Assembly: GCA_017654855.1 (NCBI GenBank)
Contig: CM030337.1
Location: 1,178,001-1,242,000 of the forward strand
Origin: Podospora anserina
Taxonomy: Eukaryota
Direction: 5' to 3'
DNA length: 64,000 bases
Below are positions 1-13,500 of the stretch, piece after piece. The notes below the pieces were generated by a model, which searched no databases, was not told the DNA's origin, and saw only the letters and a list, made by a program, of their open reading frames with translations. Each line of letters begins with the position of its first letter. The first letter of the stretch is position 1. A program made the position numbers and the translations under genes.

Positions 1-1503
1 AACGCCGCCGCAGAGTCTGTAACTGAAATCAACTTGACACAGCAATGGCGCGAGTTTTATGGTATCGTCCGAGAAAGCATCACGGAAAAGTCTCTGGGTA
101 ACATCAGGCGTGTCCTTGGTCGGGTTGATACCGGCCGTTCGGATGCCCGACGCAAGCTGGCTCGTCTCCAAAAACTCCGGGAAATGACGGCAACTGGTCT
201 GGGCGTGCTTTTGGACGAGGGACTCGACATACGGACACCAGACGATGGTTCAGTGGTTGAAGCGACTGTTTACCACGAGGAGTGGCGAGTGGTGCTGGAG
301 CGAAGCGTTGCTCTGATGGACTCGATCCTCCGCGGTTCGCTCACCCTCGAACACAATATGAAAGAGTTCGAAGACAACATCTTTTCCGGTGTTCAGCACG
401 ATCCCGAGTTGTCAATTCACACAGATGACGCTGCGCAGGCTGCAAGACCTGCCATCCTTGCCCGCCGACTCCTCAACATCCTTGACGAGGGCATTCCCCA
501 GCATGCCGTGTCTACCTCGGTGTTGGCCCGCAAGAATGGTCGCCCTTCCCGACTCGTCAGATACTGGATTCCGGCCATCGCTCTCCTCCTTTCGTCCTCG
601 ACAATCCTCCGCGTTCTTGTAAACAGGAAAGCCGACATTATCAACTGGATACGGGATCTTGGTGCAACCACTCGGGATTTTTGGTTCAACTGGGTGGTGG
701 AGCCGATCAAGAAGGTCATCGGTACGATCCGTCACGATGAAGCCAGCGAGATTGCCATCATGAGCCGCGACAGCTTGAAAGCCGATCGCGAAAGTCTGGA
801 GCGCATGGTGGTGGAATTCTCTCGAGACAACCCTGACATTGCTGTTGGTAATTCAACCATCACCGAGGCCCAGGTTGCTGAGATCCGGACTCGGGTGAAG
901 GAGGGAGATGTTACTCCCATCCTGAAAGCATACGAAAAGGATCTGAAGAAGCCCTTTGTGGGCGCCATCAGGGGAGATTTGGTCCGGTCGGTTCTCATCC
1001 AGGTGCAGAAGACAAAGGTCGATCTTGAGGTGGCTATCAGCGGCATTGATGCGCTGCTGAAGAGTCAAGAATTGGTGTTTGGTTTTATTGGGCTGACACC
1101 CGGTATTCTTGGTACGGTTATCCTTGGTTCTTGACAATCTGGACATGGCTGACACGTTGCAGTCTCGATTGGAATTATTCAATATTTCAGAACAGCATTC
1201 GGCAGCCGCAAGGGCTTGCGCCGTGGCCAGCGAGCTCGCCGCACCCGTCGTGTCTTGCGCAAGATGGATAGAATATTGACCGAGGCGCAACACAACCTCC
1301 AGGACAACACCATTTCTTACCGGGACCGCGGTCTGTTGGTCTGCGAAGCTCACGTCCTACGCAACCTCACTCAGGGAAATCTTCCTCGCGAGGTTGAAAA
1401 GGAGTTTATTGAGGATCTCGATGAGTTCGCAAAGGCTAGGGCGGTTCCCGAGCTGTTCAGGGTGCTTGACAGGATCCGCTGGGCATATTCGGAGTATTTT
1501 TAG
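1..1503 (+). CDS. NCA2: Nuclear control of ATPase protein 2 (NCA2)-like, 5' end outside window; intron 1112-1162
   Basis: Motifs RPSRLVRYW, YEKDLKKP..G..RG.LVR.VLIQVQKTKVD.EVA..GID.LLKSQELVFGF recalled from the NCA2 family. A GTACGG...GCTGAC...CAG intron joins ORF 34-1134 to the frame of ORF 1216-1503. Confidence 0.8.
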
Positions 1504-2406
1504 ACAAGAAATAGACCTATCATGATGATTATGAGAACAATGTCAAGACTGGCGGATTGATAACACGTTGTGGCGTAGTGGGGCTTGTCTGTGTGACCCT
1601 TGGCCCCAGCGCTCGGCCAGGCCCTGTGGTTGCTGCTGCCAAGACCCCTGGTGACCTGTGGCCGCTGTCCCTCTCGCTGCATGACCTCCCAAGCTTCCAG
1701 TTGCGTGTTGAGGCTCACCTCCAGGACAATTTGCAAAGGGACGTCACCGATTGCTCTTTGTCGCCATCTTTTCCCGCCGAGTCCGTTGTGTCTTCTGACC
1801 ATCCCGACACGCCCGCCGCCGTCGAGTTTCTCCCCGCCGGTGCCGCTGCAACCTAGAACACGACGCTTTGATTACGCAGTCCCTGGATTCCTGGGAAGCG
1901 ACCATTGCTTCCAGGTTGCTCTCTGCTCTGCTGCTCTTGTAAGTTCAAGGCCATCCTTTCGTCCTGCCCACCCTCACCGACTTTACACAACTACCGATCA
2001 TAAGGCCCCGTCCCTGCCTTTGGTCATCTAGTCCCCTGATTCACCGTGGGCCGCCCAGACTTTGTCATAACCAAACAGTTGCTGCCGCCGTCATCTCTTG
2101 ACCCAAATACATCAAAAAATCCCACCCGTTGCTGACCCGTGTCACTCCTTTTTTACTCGCAGTTCGGTTCCCTCGATACACACATTACAAAAACTAATCT
2201 GTGAAAGACTCTCGATTGTGCGCATTACGATTACCTACAGGCAACCCTAACCTAACCGCATTTCACCTGTCCCTGAGCGAGAGAACCCATCAAACCCGCC
2301 CTACCTGCCATCCGAGAGTTTTATCCCCCGACGCTGCCGAATTCCATATTTGACTCGAATCTACACAATACCGACAGAAAGACAGATAGATCATCAACCG
2401 CCCAGC

Positions 2407-3222
<816 letters not shown>

Positions 3223-4187
3223 TGGAGGGGAGGGGTGGGGAATGAGAGACCATAAACGCCGTTGCAAAAGAGAAGGGAGTGGTTGATACAGGGCTGTATT
3301 GGTTTTATTTTTGCTGGGGGACCTTTTTTTATTTATTTTTCATCGGGATGCTTGCTCCTGGCGATTATGATTGGGGGCATGAAGGGGGGGTATGGAGGGG
3401 GCGGAGGAAGGTAAAGCATACGCGATGGGTTGATAACAATGGGTAGGGCAAATGCAAATATTTGGGGTGTTTCTATTTTTATTTTTATTTTTGAGAGAGA
3501 GAGACAGTTTTTATTTTATTTTTTCCAATGAAAGGCAAGAGATGATAAGATGATGAGGATGATGTGAGAGTGAGATGTTGTGTGTGTGAATCTTGTGAGA
3601 GAAATTGAGTGTTGAAGAAGTGAGTGGGTAGGTAAGGGGGAGAAGGGGGAGCAAGAGATGGGGATGAAAGACTGGGAAGGTCAGAAGTAGGAGGACAGAG
3701 TATGTACAACATGAATGTTGTGTGTTCGTTTCGTGCAAAATGCCAAGTGACTCCTTTTACCTACGGAGCGGGAAGAAAAGTCGTGGTTGGGGGTGGTTAA
3801 CGGGATAGCTATTGAAAATGAGCTGTTGAAAATGAGCTGATGAAAGAGACGACAACATTTTTCAGCAGTGTGATCAGGTAGGTGTGTGCTTGTTAAGTAT
3901 GGGAGAGGAATTTTGTGGTTCGGCTTTGTTGACGAGAGTTTGCTTCGCCGGGGTAAGAATAGGCAAAAGGGGGAAGAGACTGGGCGGTGTTATGGTTTTG
4001 TTGCGGTCAAAAAGGGGGTGGCCGTTCACCGAGTTCACAGACAAAATAGTCTTCAGATAATTCAAAAAGATCACAGCTGCAGCATCAAGGGAAACATCAA
4101 GAACAAGGAAACCCATTCAAAAAGTGGAGGGACAGGAGCGTAGATGTCACCCTGCTAGTAGCCATCTGAGTTCGAACCCTGCTCAAG

Positions 4188-4189
4188 TC

Positions 4190-4232
<43 letters not shown>

Positions 4233-4253
4233 GCAGCAGCAGCAGCAGCAACA
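4188..4253 (+). repeat. (CAA)n followed by (CAG)n compound microsatellite
   Basis: About 14 CAA units then about 6 CAG units, intergenic, downstream of tRNA-Ala. Confidence 0.95.
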
Positions 4254-4339
4254 TCACCAACCAACCAAACAACAAACAAACAAGACATCCATGTCAGTAA
4301 ACAAAAATAGACTTGGAGAAGAACAGCTAGGGCAAAAAT

Positions 4340-4490
4340 TGGACGCACCGGGGTTCGAACCCGGGACCTTCACATGGAGCATGGTTGTAATGATAGTCAC
4401 CACCTTTTGACCGCTTCGGGAGCAATGTAGAGAAAGCAACAGGCATTAATTAATGCAAATGAGACGTCGTAACCACTTGACCATACGCCC
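4340..4490 (-). tRNA. tRNA-Ala(UGC) with 78-nt intron (4453-4376)
   Basis: Minus strand GGGCGTA...TCTCA-TT-TGC-A|intron|A-TGTGA-AGGTC-CCGGG-TTCGAAC-CCCGG-TGCGTCC-A; G3:U70 Ala determinant; T5 Pol III terminator just downstream. Confidence 0.9.
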
Positions 4491-5411
4491 TGTCTTTGTG
4501 GTTTATGTGGTCCCGGCGACGTCGCTATAGCAGGGGAGAACTTTGGAGGGAAGGAGCAAACTTGGTGAGCTGGGAGGGGGGGGCGGGTATCTGCGGTTGT
4601 CTGTGGGTTTGGGATGGGGCTGTTTTTGGATTGTGGTGAGGGATATGGGGTGGTTTTGGTTGGGTGGTGTTGTTGGTGTTTGTGTTATTGTCTTCGACCA
4701 GGATGCTCAACAACTTATTCGCTAACCAAGAAGGTCTATTTATGTCTATCCCTCTCCCTTCACACATCCCTTACCCGGAATTATCATCATTTTAGGGCAA
4801 AAAAAACAAGACAAGACAAAACGAAAGGGCGCATTGGGGTTCGAACCTAGGTCACTTTTGCTGAACAAACCCCCTCCCCAAACCGATGGCCCAATTCTTG
4901 TAGGGCGATCAAAGAGGTAGACCAGTGTCTGCATAGAGATCTTGCCTGCTAGACCATAAGCCACTTGTTTTTTGTTGGGATACGATATCGTTGGGCGTGC
5001 TTGGCAGGTAGGCAGATACCCGTGGCAGGTTGCTTGTCTAGAGGGGCAAAGGGGAGAGCCAATGGTTGTGTCTTTGGCAAGGATCACAATGGCCAGAGAG
5101 ATGATGATGGTATGTCGAGTTCAGGTTGCAAGGCCTTCTGTCTTTTCTGGAGAGCCTTCACGGACACGAGCATGAGTGTCGACTGTCACGTCTCCTTAGC
5201 CTATGGCAGCCAAACTAACCTAGGTAAGGAGGTGTTCAGAGTAACAAGTGGGCAAACAGGAAGCAGCAGGAGGTTTGGTCAAGATATTGTTCAGTGACGC
5301 TTTTGGACGATACAATGATAGCATTCCATCTGGAGGGACCAGCGACTACAGAAAAGTTGGGAAGCAAAAAAGAGATTGAAGAGAAGAGGAAACCCGAGAT
5401 GACTTCAAAAA

Positions 5412-5568
5412 TGGACGTACCGGGGTTTGAACCCGGGACCCTCTCATGCCAAGATCCCGCCGCCCAAATCCTGCGTGCATTCCGTCCTGTCTAGGGGTGG
5501 GGATTTATTAGGCCAGCAGGGATGGCAGCAAGTGCGAATGAGAAGTCCTACCACTAGACTATACGCCC
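5412..5568 (-). tRNA. tRNA-Ala(CGC) with 85-nt intron (5532-5448)
   Basis: Minus strand GGGCGTA...TCTCA-TT-CGC-A|intron|A-TGAGA-GGGTC-CCGGG-TTCAAAC-CCCGG-TACGTCC-A; G3:U70; T5 terminator adjacent. Confidence 0.92.
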
Positions 5569-6392
5569 TTTGAAGTTGCTGGAAGTAGGAGGGATGGAGG
5601 ATGTATATAAAGCCTAATGGTCTGCGTTTGCACATGACGTGGAAAATCTCAGTGTACAGACAGCAGTATGTATTTGCCAGTTGGACCTGGGCAGGATGTG
5701 ATCATATGGTTTGAACCGCTCTATCACACGGGCGATGATAAGAATGAGGTGCCTTGACACAGCTCAATATCATTCCAATGCTCGTCTTCATCGATCCTTC
5801 AAGAATCAGGCAGCCTCAAAAATTCTCATTCCGTCTCTTGGTCTTTACCAGCCGCGCCCTCAAGTCTCATCCTCAGGATCTACCGTGCATGACATGCACA
5901 CTCACACCCAAAGCCTTGATATGTGTGCTGTACTTGTGATGTCCTCGGCTTATATCCACCCCCCGTTTCATCGACCGTGTGAAAGACGACGGGATGTTAG
6001 CTGTGCAAGTTTTATGGTTAATGGGTGGGTTTGTTTCCTCATCCCATCTCCATCACCAAGATTCCCAAACACTCCCATCCGGCAGCCGGTAACGGTACCA
6101 GCCGTGAGATATGCCTTAATTTGAGGTGACAAGGTGACAGCCGAGTGTATATCATCTCGGCTGGCCCTCAATGTTTGGTGTTTGAGGGCCTCTTTCATTC
6201 TGTGCTGCTCGATTCTTTTTCACTTACGCTGCACTTACGCTCTTTTCTAACTTTTCGACATCAGAGGTATGTTGATCTCCCTTTGGCTTGGAGATATGTG
6301 CTGATTGAGACCTTCTAGCTGTGCTCCTTCCATTCTTTGACATTCTTTACACACCATTGTTTGCAGGCAGACTTTCAAAGAAACCACCCACC

Positions 6393-7442
6393 ATGAAGAC
6401 CGCAGTTTTATTTCTATCCGTCGGCCTGGCGTCAGCCCAGGTTTTGAATAACTCCACTGGTGTTTTCAGTAATTCCACCAGCAGCTTTGCCTCGCCCAAT
6501 GTGGATATCAACAACCTCAACCTCGGTGGACAGGTGGACCTCAACAGCTTGGACGTCAACGGCCTAAACCTAGGCAATATCGATCTCGGTAACCAAGATG
6601 AGATCGTTGATGCTATCCTGGCTATGCTTAGCGGATTCTGTTTGGGTGGGCAGTTCAACCGCAATAATATCCTGGGGTTTGGCTTCAACAATGATGTCGA
6701 TCTATTCTTCCAGCTTGCTCAGCTGCAACAATTCCAGCAGCTTGGCTTCCTCAATCTGGGAGGTGTGCAAAATCTGTTCAGCAAGGGGAAGGTACTTGGG
6801 GGGTTCAACCTAGGTCCGCATACTTTTTTCCCCCAAAACCAGGTGAAGCTTTTGCTGACTATGTCGTCAGGCCTCTTCAAACGAGAAATTGCTGATGCCA
6901 GGAAGACCATGAAGCGAACCGTACTTCGCCGTGGACGGTATGCCAAACGTCAGTCGTGTGCTCAAGGGGCTGGATCAGGCGCCATCGGTTCGGGCGTTGG
7001 TGGTCAGGAAGAAGCTGCTGTCACAATTGCGACAGCTGAGAACCCGCCATTGGAGACAGCTACCGCGACGGCGGCGGCAGACTTCACGATCGCCACCGCT
7101 GATCCTGGAGTTGATGATCTTGTTGAGTCCGTTGCCTCGGCCGATTTTGAGGCAGTTTTCAGCATCGCCACAGCAAACCCAGATGTTGTCGTTGGTGCCG
7201 CCAATGATATCTATGCGTCATCCGCCGGTGTTGCTACTGCCACTCCTGCTGTTGATTCAGCTTCAGCAGTTGTTCAAGCCTTTGCCACCATCACCGCTGA
7301 GGCAGTAGCAGCTCCTGCTTCCGTTGCTGTTCCAGCCGCAGCTGAGACCGCTATTCCGGCTGTTGCTGTTGAGGAAGTTGAGGAGGCTGGGGAGGTCGAT
7401 GTGGAGGACGCTGTCGATAACCTGTCAGACCTCACCCGTTAA
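6393..7442 (+). CDS. Secreted protein with N/L/G/Q-rich N-terminal domain and Ala/acidic tail; probable CDS intron 6814-6870; 5'UTR intron 6267-6318
   Basis: ACCATG start, signal peptide MKTAVLFLSVGLASA, dibasic KR/RR sites, GTCCGC...GCTGAC...CAG intron. Confidence 0.8.
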   Translation: MKTAVLFLSVGLASAQVLNNSTGVFSNSTSSFASPNVDINNLNLGGQVDLNSLDVNGLNLGNIDLGNQDEIVDAILAMLSGFCLGGQFNRNNILGFGFNNDVDLFFQLAQLQQFQQLGFLNLGGVQNLFSKGKVLGGFNLGPHTFFPQNQVKLLLTMSSGLFKREIADARKTMKRTVLRRGRYAKRQSCAQGAGSGAIGSGVGGQEEAAVTIATAENPPLETATATAAADFTIATADPGVDDLVESVASADFEAVFSIATANPDVVVGAANDIYASSAGVATATPAVDSASAVVQAFATITAEAVAAPASVAVPAAAETAIPAVAVEEVEEAGEVDVEDAVDNLSDLTR

Positions 7443-9751
7443 GTGATGAACGGCACGGGAACAGCTCAGGGGTTTCTGAAAGGAGGAGCTCAACCCTGTT
7501 GTGGGAGCTGTCCCTGTTCGGGTCGTCCCAACAACTTAGTGACGGTAAGCCAATTGGGTCAAGAACAGGAGTCTGCTCTAAACATCCGATGAGCTTCCGG
7601 ATGAAAGGCCGGGGTTGCAAACATATGAGTGACTGGGGCCTGGGAAGGAGCAAAGTCCGGTCCTTGGCTGTCAGGAATGGCTGGGGGTGCGGCAGATGCC
7701 GGGGTCGACCCCAAGATACTTTTTCTTTTGTTAGGGTTTCTTCAGACCGATCGTGATAATGTAATTAGATCGGGCTATCTATATGATGAGTATGAACTTG
7801 AGATGAATCTGTTACTGGTGCTGGAGGAGGCTGGAGTTGCTGGAACATACCTGATGATTGATGATCTCGTGGTTCTAATTTGGGAGGTCACACTGCTTCG
7901 CCATCTTCAGATGGTGTATCTGCATTGCTCCGCATGCTGTGCCTGTTCGTAGCTGTCATCGCAAGACGTCGTGCAATCCTGTGATAGCGTGCTGTCTGTC
8001 AGGAGCACACTTCTTCAGCCGGAACCCGCACAGATCCGGTGGCCAAGGCATCCAAGTCAGGTGAAGAAATTCAAGCGAGGCCATTCCCATGTTGGAAAAG
8101 AGCAATGCCATGGATTTGGCTGCTTCAAAGTGTGCCATCTGCGACATCTATTGTGTGTCTCCGCATGAGCGCTCGGTCCCGTCGTTGCAAGTGCACGGCT
8201 TCAAGATGGGATCCAACCAATCAGCAGCCCCAATCACCCCCCCTGGACGCCTGGGCGGGGGTCTTGGAATCGGTGGGTGCCACCCCCAGGCACCCCCAAG
8301 GCACCCGGCTGTAACGTTGACAGGGGCTTCCCGCTAATCGGCTTCAGACCTTTCAGCCTCTCCCGCCCCAGAAGACCCGCTATTTAGCCACTTCTCGCCA
8401 AACAAGTGCCGGAATTGGGGGGGCAATTGAGGCTTGCCAGGCTTGAAACACCGCAACAGCTCTCGGCATCGGATGGGTTCAACTAAGGCAAGCTTAATCG
8501 CTTGATCGCTTAATCACCGACTGTTACCTTTCCCTTCGGCTGAACACCAATGTACTCCTTGTCAGTGTGATGGACTGAGAGAGAACCTCGACGGCCAGCT
8601 TGGCTATCCCTTCGTTGCGGGCGGCCGTGAAGGGGTCAAGGCCCAGGCCCTCAATCTATTCGGTCGAGAAGGTCTGGTCTAGTATAGGCTGCTCATGTTT
8701 TTATCTGTTTTGTAAAATCCCCGAGCCCTGCTAACGGCATAGAGGAGGAGCACTGTCATGTTGGAACACCCAGTTCCCGAATTTGGCTCTATTCTTTTCC
8801 CAGGAGCACATGGCTCCTCGAAACACTCGAAACGAGCAGCTCATCCTCGGCGGTGATCAGGAATGGCCACCGAGCGTCTTCCCGCGACCTCCTGGACATC
8901 AGATGGTACCTGTGCTTCCCCGACAAAATGGCCTCGACCTGGGGGTATCCCGTCATTGGGCGCCCTCCCACCCCCACTCAGGAGCTAGTGTAGAGGGCAC
9001 CTAGTCCCTTGATATCCGAATGCCACCAACCAGTCTTTGGTGTTTCTCTTGGCAGCAAAACAGTCCCAGATGGCCTCGGCCACAGAGCTTTCCGTACCAT
9101 GACGTTGCTGCAGGTGCCGAGTGTTCTCGACTACCCTCCCTCCTGTGCAGGGCACATCTCCGTCTCGGCGAATTTGTTGCTGCTGTGCCTGGGTTGCCTT
9201 GACTTTCTCGGTTCTTTGGTTCCGCCTCAACATCGTCAACACATCCCGGCACATCCTGGCCTGCCTTGTCTGTGGTGTTTTATCCATCCGCCTCTGTCCA
9301 GTGACACCTGACGCCTGATACGCTTCGGATGAGTGCGTGCTCTCATCCCGAACATCACGGCGTCTCCCTGAAATCCTTGGCAAGCAACTCCTGCTCCCAT
9401 CTTTGCCATCATCGTTGCCTCTGGTCCTTGGCACGTTCGAGCCACCATATAAGGTGACCTGATCACCCGTCCTGTCCTGACTTTTGTTTCTTCATCCCAT
9501 TCACAACTCCAGCTTTCCAAGGCCCGTTCGCCATCTTCTTTCTGTCATTCATTCTTCAGAGGTATGTCGGCCAAACAATCATCCAAACGAAACACTTGGT
9601 GTCGAGGCTAACCTGGTCAACAATAGCTGTGCTCGCTGTTCGCTTCATTCCTTCAATCTTTGAACATTTTTGAGCTGTGCTCTTAAACTTTATAATCCTT
9701 TAATCTCTTTGTTCGCAAGTCGTTCTCTCAACAACAAAAACATCAGTCAAA

Positions 9752-10599
9752 ATGAAGTTCTTCACCGTCATCGTCTCTACCCTCGCCGCCATGGTTGCCG
9801 CTGCTCCTGCCGCTGCTCCCGCCAGCACTGAGGTTGACAAGCGTGCCTTCGCTTTCGATATCAATGCCTTCAACGGCCTCAAGGGCTTCAACCAGGTCAA
9901 CCTCAACTACCTCCTCAACATCAACTCTCTGCAGATTGGTCTCCTCGGCAACCTCGCCAACGTCAACAACTTCAACATCTTGCAATTCCAGGGTCTCTTT
10001 GCTCAGCAGAAGTTTGATCTTCAGGCTCTCCTTCAGCTCCAGCAGCTCCACACCTTCCTCCAGATCCACCAGCTCGGTGTTCTCAACGGCTTTGATCTCA
10101 AGGGCCTCCAGCTCCAGCAGCTCCAGCTCGGTCTCCTCAACAACGTTGGCCTGCTCGATCTCCAGCAGTTCATCTCCCCCAACGTCATTGGCCAGGTCAC
10201 CACTATTGGCAACTCAGGTCAGTAACTTTTTTTTGATCACATGCACAGACCTCGGCCCAATACATCGTCTTGTTTTGTCGGCAAACGTGTGTGTTCACAC
10301 GATACCCCAAGCCCCGGTTGCCTTCACCCCCAACCTGCCAGTGTCTGGTTCGTCTCCCGGTGTTGCCGCTCCGAGCCCCAGCGTTGCCCCTTCCGGTGGC
10401 GAGGGCTCGAATGTGGTCACTGCGGAAGAGCAAGATGCTCAGGAGGGCCGGAGCAACCTCGACTAGAGGGCTACTTAGGTGCCAAACGACGCCGACACAC
10501 GCATCGCATCCGCCTCAGCAAATGCCCCCCTTTTTCGGACCCATTGGCTAATTCTGGATTTTTCTTGCACAAAAAGTCCGCATCCCTGTCAAGGAGTAA
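9752..10599 (+). CDS. Small secreted N/Q/L/F-rich protein with Kex2 site; intron from 10218 with probable alternative acceptors (10311 or 10576); 5'UTR intron 9562-9626
   Basis: CAAAATG context, signal peptide MKFFTVIVSTLAAMVAA, EVDKR site, strong C-ending codon bias. Donor GTCAGT at 10218; branch GCTAAT at 10547 and AAG at 10576 give the ending VRIPVKE*. Confidence 0.85.
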
Positions 10600-13500
10600 A
10601 CGGCGACCATGATGAAAAAGTAATGCAACACCATCCACCATCCACCTCCACCACCCCCATCAAAAACATGACGAGAAACACCACTACAACCCATGAATCG
10701 ATTTCCTCCTCTCGCCCACCGGGGGGGAGGGGGGGAAACGACAGCTTTACGACCCAACGATAATGACGACAAAAACGTGGGAATGGAGATAGGCAAATCA
10801 GCAGCAGTGTGATGTCAGCGGAATTTCCTCTTTTTTCCTCTTTTTTCCCTACATGGAAAGTTGAGGGGGATTTTCCAACGACGAGAAACTAGTTGATAGA
10901 ATCAATCTCTATTTCTACACACTTTGTTTTTGTTTTTTGCCTATCTCCTGGTGAATTTCTTTTCTCGTCAGCTTAATACTTTTTCTCTCCTCTGTTTCTG
11001 CAGTGTTTGCGGTAGATTTAGCTTTTCTTTTTTCTTCTTTTTTTTTTCTTGGATTCATGACACAGTACGATGATCGTATTTTATTTCTTTTGTATGACAG
11101 ACGACGAAAAGAGAGGGGAAGAGGGAGAGGGAGAGGTATATATGGGACAAACAGGGGTAGAATGTGATGAATGTAAATGCAATGGGGGAAGGAAGATTGG
11201 GGAAAGCTGGGATGGATACATAGTTGTTGAGTTGTGGGGGGAATATCAACCGGATTGGTTTTTCCTGGACGTGATGACTGATTCGTTTTGATTGTGATTG
11301 TGGTTGTTGGTTTTGATCATGTTCTTTTGGGCAGGTATTTTGAGAGTAGTGATGGATTTGACTTTCTTTTTTCTTTGGATGATAAAACGTGAACTGAAAG
11401 AGGGGGAACCGCATGATGAATGAACGGGACGTTGTGGAGCCGAATTTGAGCTGCTGTTTCTTGGGAAGGGGTGGTGAGGTTGTGACGGTTGGTGTTGGAT
11501 CGACGGGTGGGGGGAAGGGGGTGATGAGAACGGGAATGGATGCCAAGAAGATGGAATGAACAAGTTTGTTGCTACCTTTCTGGGCTGTCACCTGAGGATG
11601 GGATGGTGGGTTAGGTATGAGTAGGAATGAATCGAGCTTGGTAAACGGATTGGTCGTTTTTGAGAGGATGATAGGTGAGGCATGTGGTGGGTAGGGGTGA
11701 TAGGTCTACCTAGGCAAGTAGGTACGTAACGATCATAACACAGATGTAGGGTTTTTTTATGGAAAAAAAATGAAAAGAAAAATAAAGAAAATTGGTATGG
11801 GGTTTGTTTAGCAAATACTTGGAAATAACGGGACTGAGAGTAGGTACTTCGACTTGAGGTTATATTGTGATGATTACTTGTTGCTTTCTGTGTGAGGCTC
11901 TTGTGATAGAGGGGTACAGTTGATGGGGATATTTTACCAGGAATAAGAATCAGGTAAAGAAGGGACCAAAACTTGGGAACCAAATACAGTTTGGATGGGG
12001 AAAGTGCGAGGGGCGCGCCGGGGGGGTTCGGACTATATGGCAGGTTGATGCCATGAAACTTGTGGTTGGATCAGGTAACGTACCTTGTGCAGTATATGCA
12101 GCGCACGTGTGTGTGTGTGTCGTTTGGTGTTGGAGGAAGGAATATCATACCTGCGGGTGAGTTGGGTGTTCACCGCCCATTGATCTTTTGGATCTCCATA
12201 GGTAGGAATCCGAGGGGGGTTGGACAAGGACAGTCCTTCGAGGTGTGGGTGAGTTTGGAGTCCAGGAGGCTACACTTTTTCAAACTTTTCTTTCATTTGA
12301 TTATGGCCATGGAAAATGATGATGTCAGTAATTTGGACTGTTTTAGAAAGCCTTCACTATGATACTGTAGAGAGAATTAGGACGGCTATGCCCCGGGAAA
12401 GTGTCTCATGGGCCTGCATTGCGGTTTTCTGATTGGAGTTGAAGATGTTCTGTGGGAGATTGTGGTCGGGCTGACTTCAACGGACGTTGATATATTTACA
12501 GTACGAGATATCTTCATTTTTCCGGACAAACCACATCGACATTACCGCCCGTAAGCGGTTTATCTCGGAGTCTGGTTTGTGTAGTTCCTTTTTTTCGTTT
12601 GGGGGTGCTTTCGTGTGTGAGTCAAGAAGAGATTAGAGCATCGTGAGAAGTTGAGTCTCGGATTTGTCAAAAGTCTCGGTGCTGAACTGCGCAGCTGGAC
12701 TTGAGGTGGTTGGGTTGATGTCTGTGGTGACGATGGAGGAATGATTCAGGGGTAAAAAAAGGGGTAGTATGCTCTCGGGGGGGTTAGGGTTCTTTCTCTC
12801 TGCACAACTTTTGGACGTTCTTGTCTTTTGGACTTTGCCCTGCTAGTCTAACAGCAGATCTCATGGGCAAAGAAGGGTGTAAAAATAGAGCCTCAAATGT
12901 CGATTTTGTGATCTTCACTGCCGAGGAGGAATCCAGGAAAACCCTCCTTATTTCTTGTTCGTATCCTCACACACACAGCCTCGTCAGTGCCAAACTCCAC
13001 ACACAACCCTTCTGTGGATATTGTTTCTGAAACAAAACATTCGTAATCATTCGATCATCCAACTACTCCACGTATCCGTGCCTCGAGCACATTTTTTTCT
13101 CTTCTCTATCCCAACCTGATCCTCGGAAACACGGAGGAGGAACGTGGCCTGTTGGTGATGAACACAGTTCATCTCACATCAGAAAATGCGGCCGCTCTTG
13201 CATGAGCTGAGCAGAAGTTGGTCAAGGTTTCACTGTTCTAGTATTTTTCTCGCAAAAATAGCCAAACACTGCTTTCGGAGGGGTGCATACCAAGCTTTTG
13301 CCGAGACAGCATCGGATTGGGGACTGCTGCAGAGAAGAGAGTGGGAGTTGGTGGTGGGATGGATGGCTGAGCCAATACTTGCTCCAGTGGCGCGCTTCTG
13401 GCCGCGGGCGAAGCGGGGAGCGGAGCACGACTGCGGGAATATGTACATGGCGGCAACAATGGCAGTGGTGGTCACGGAAGGGGAGGCCGGCTTCGCGAAT

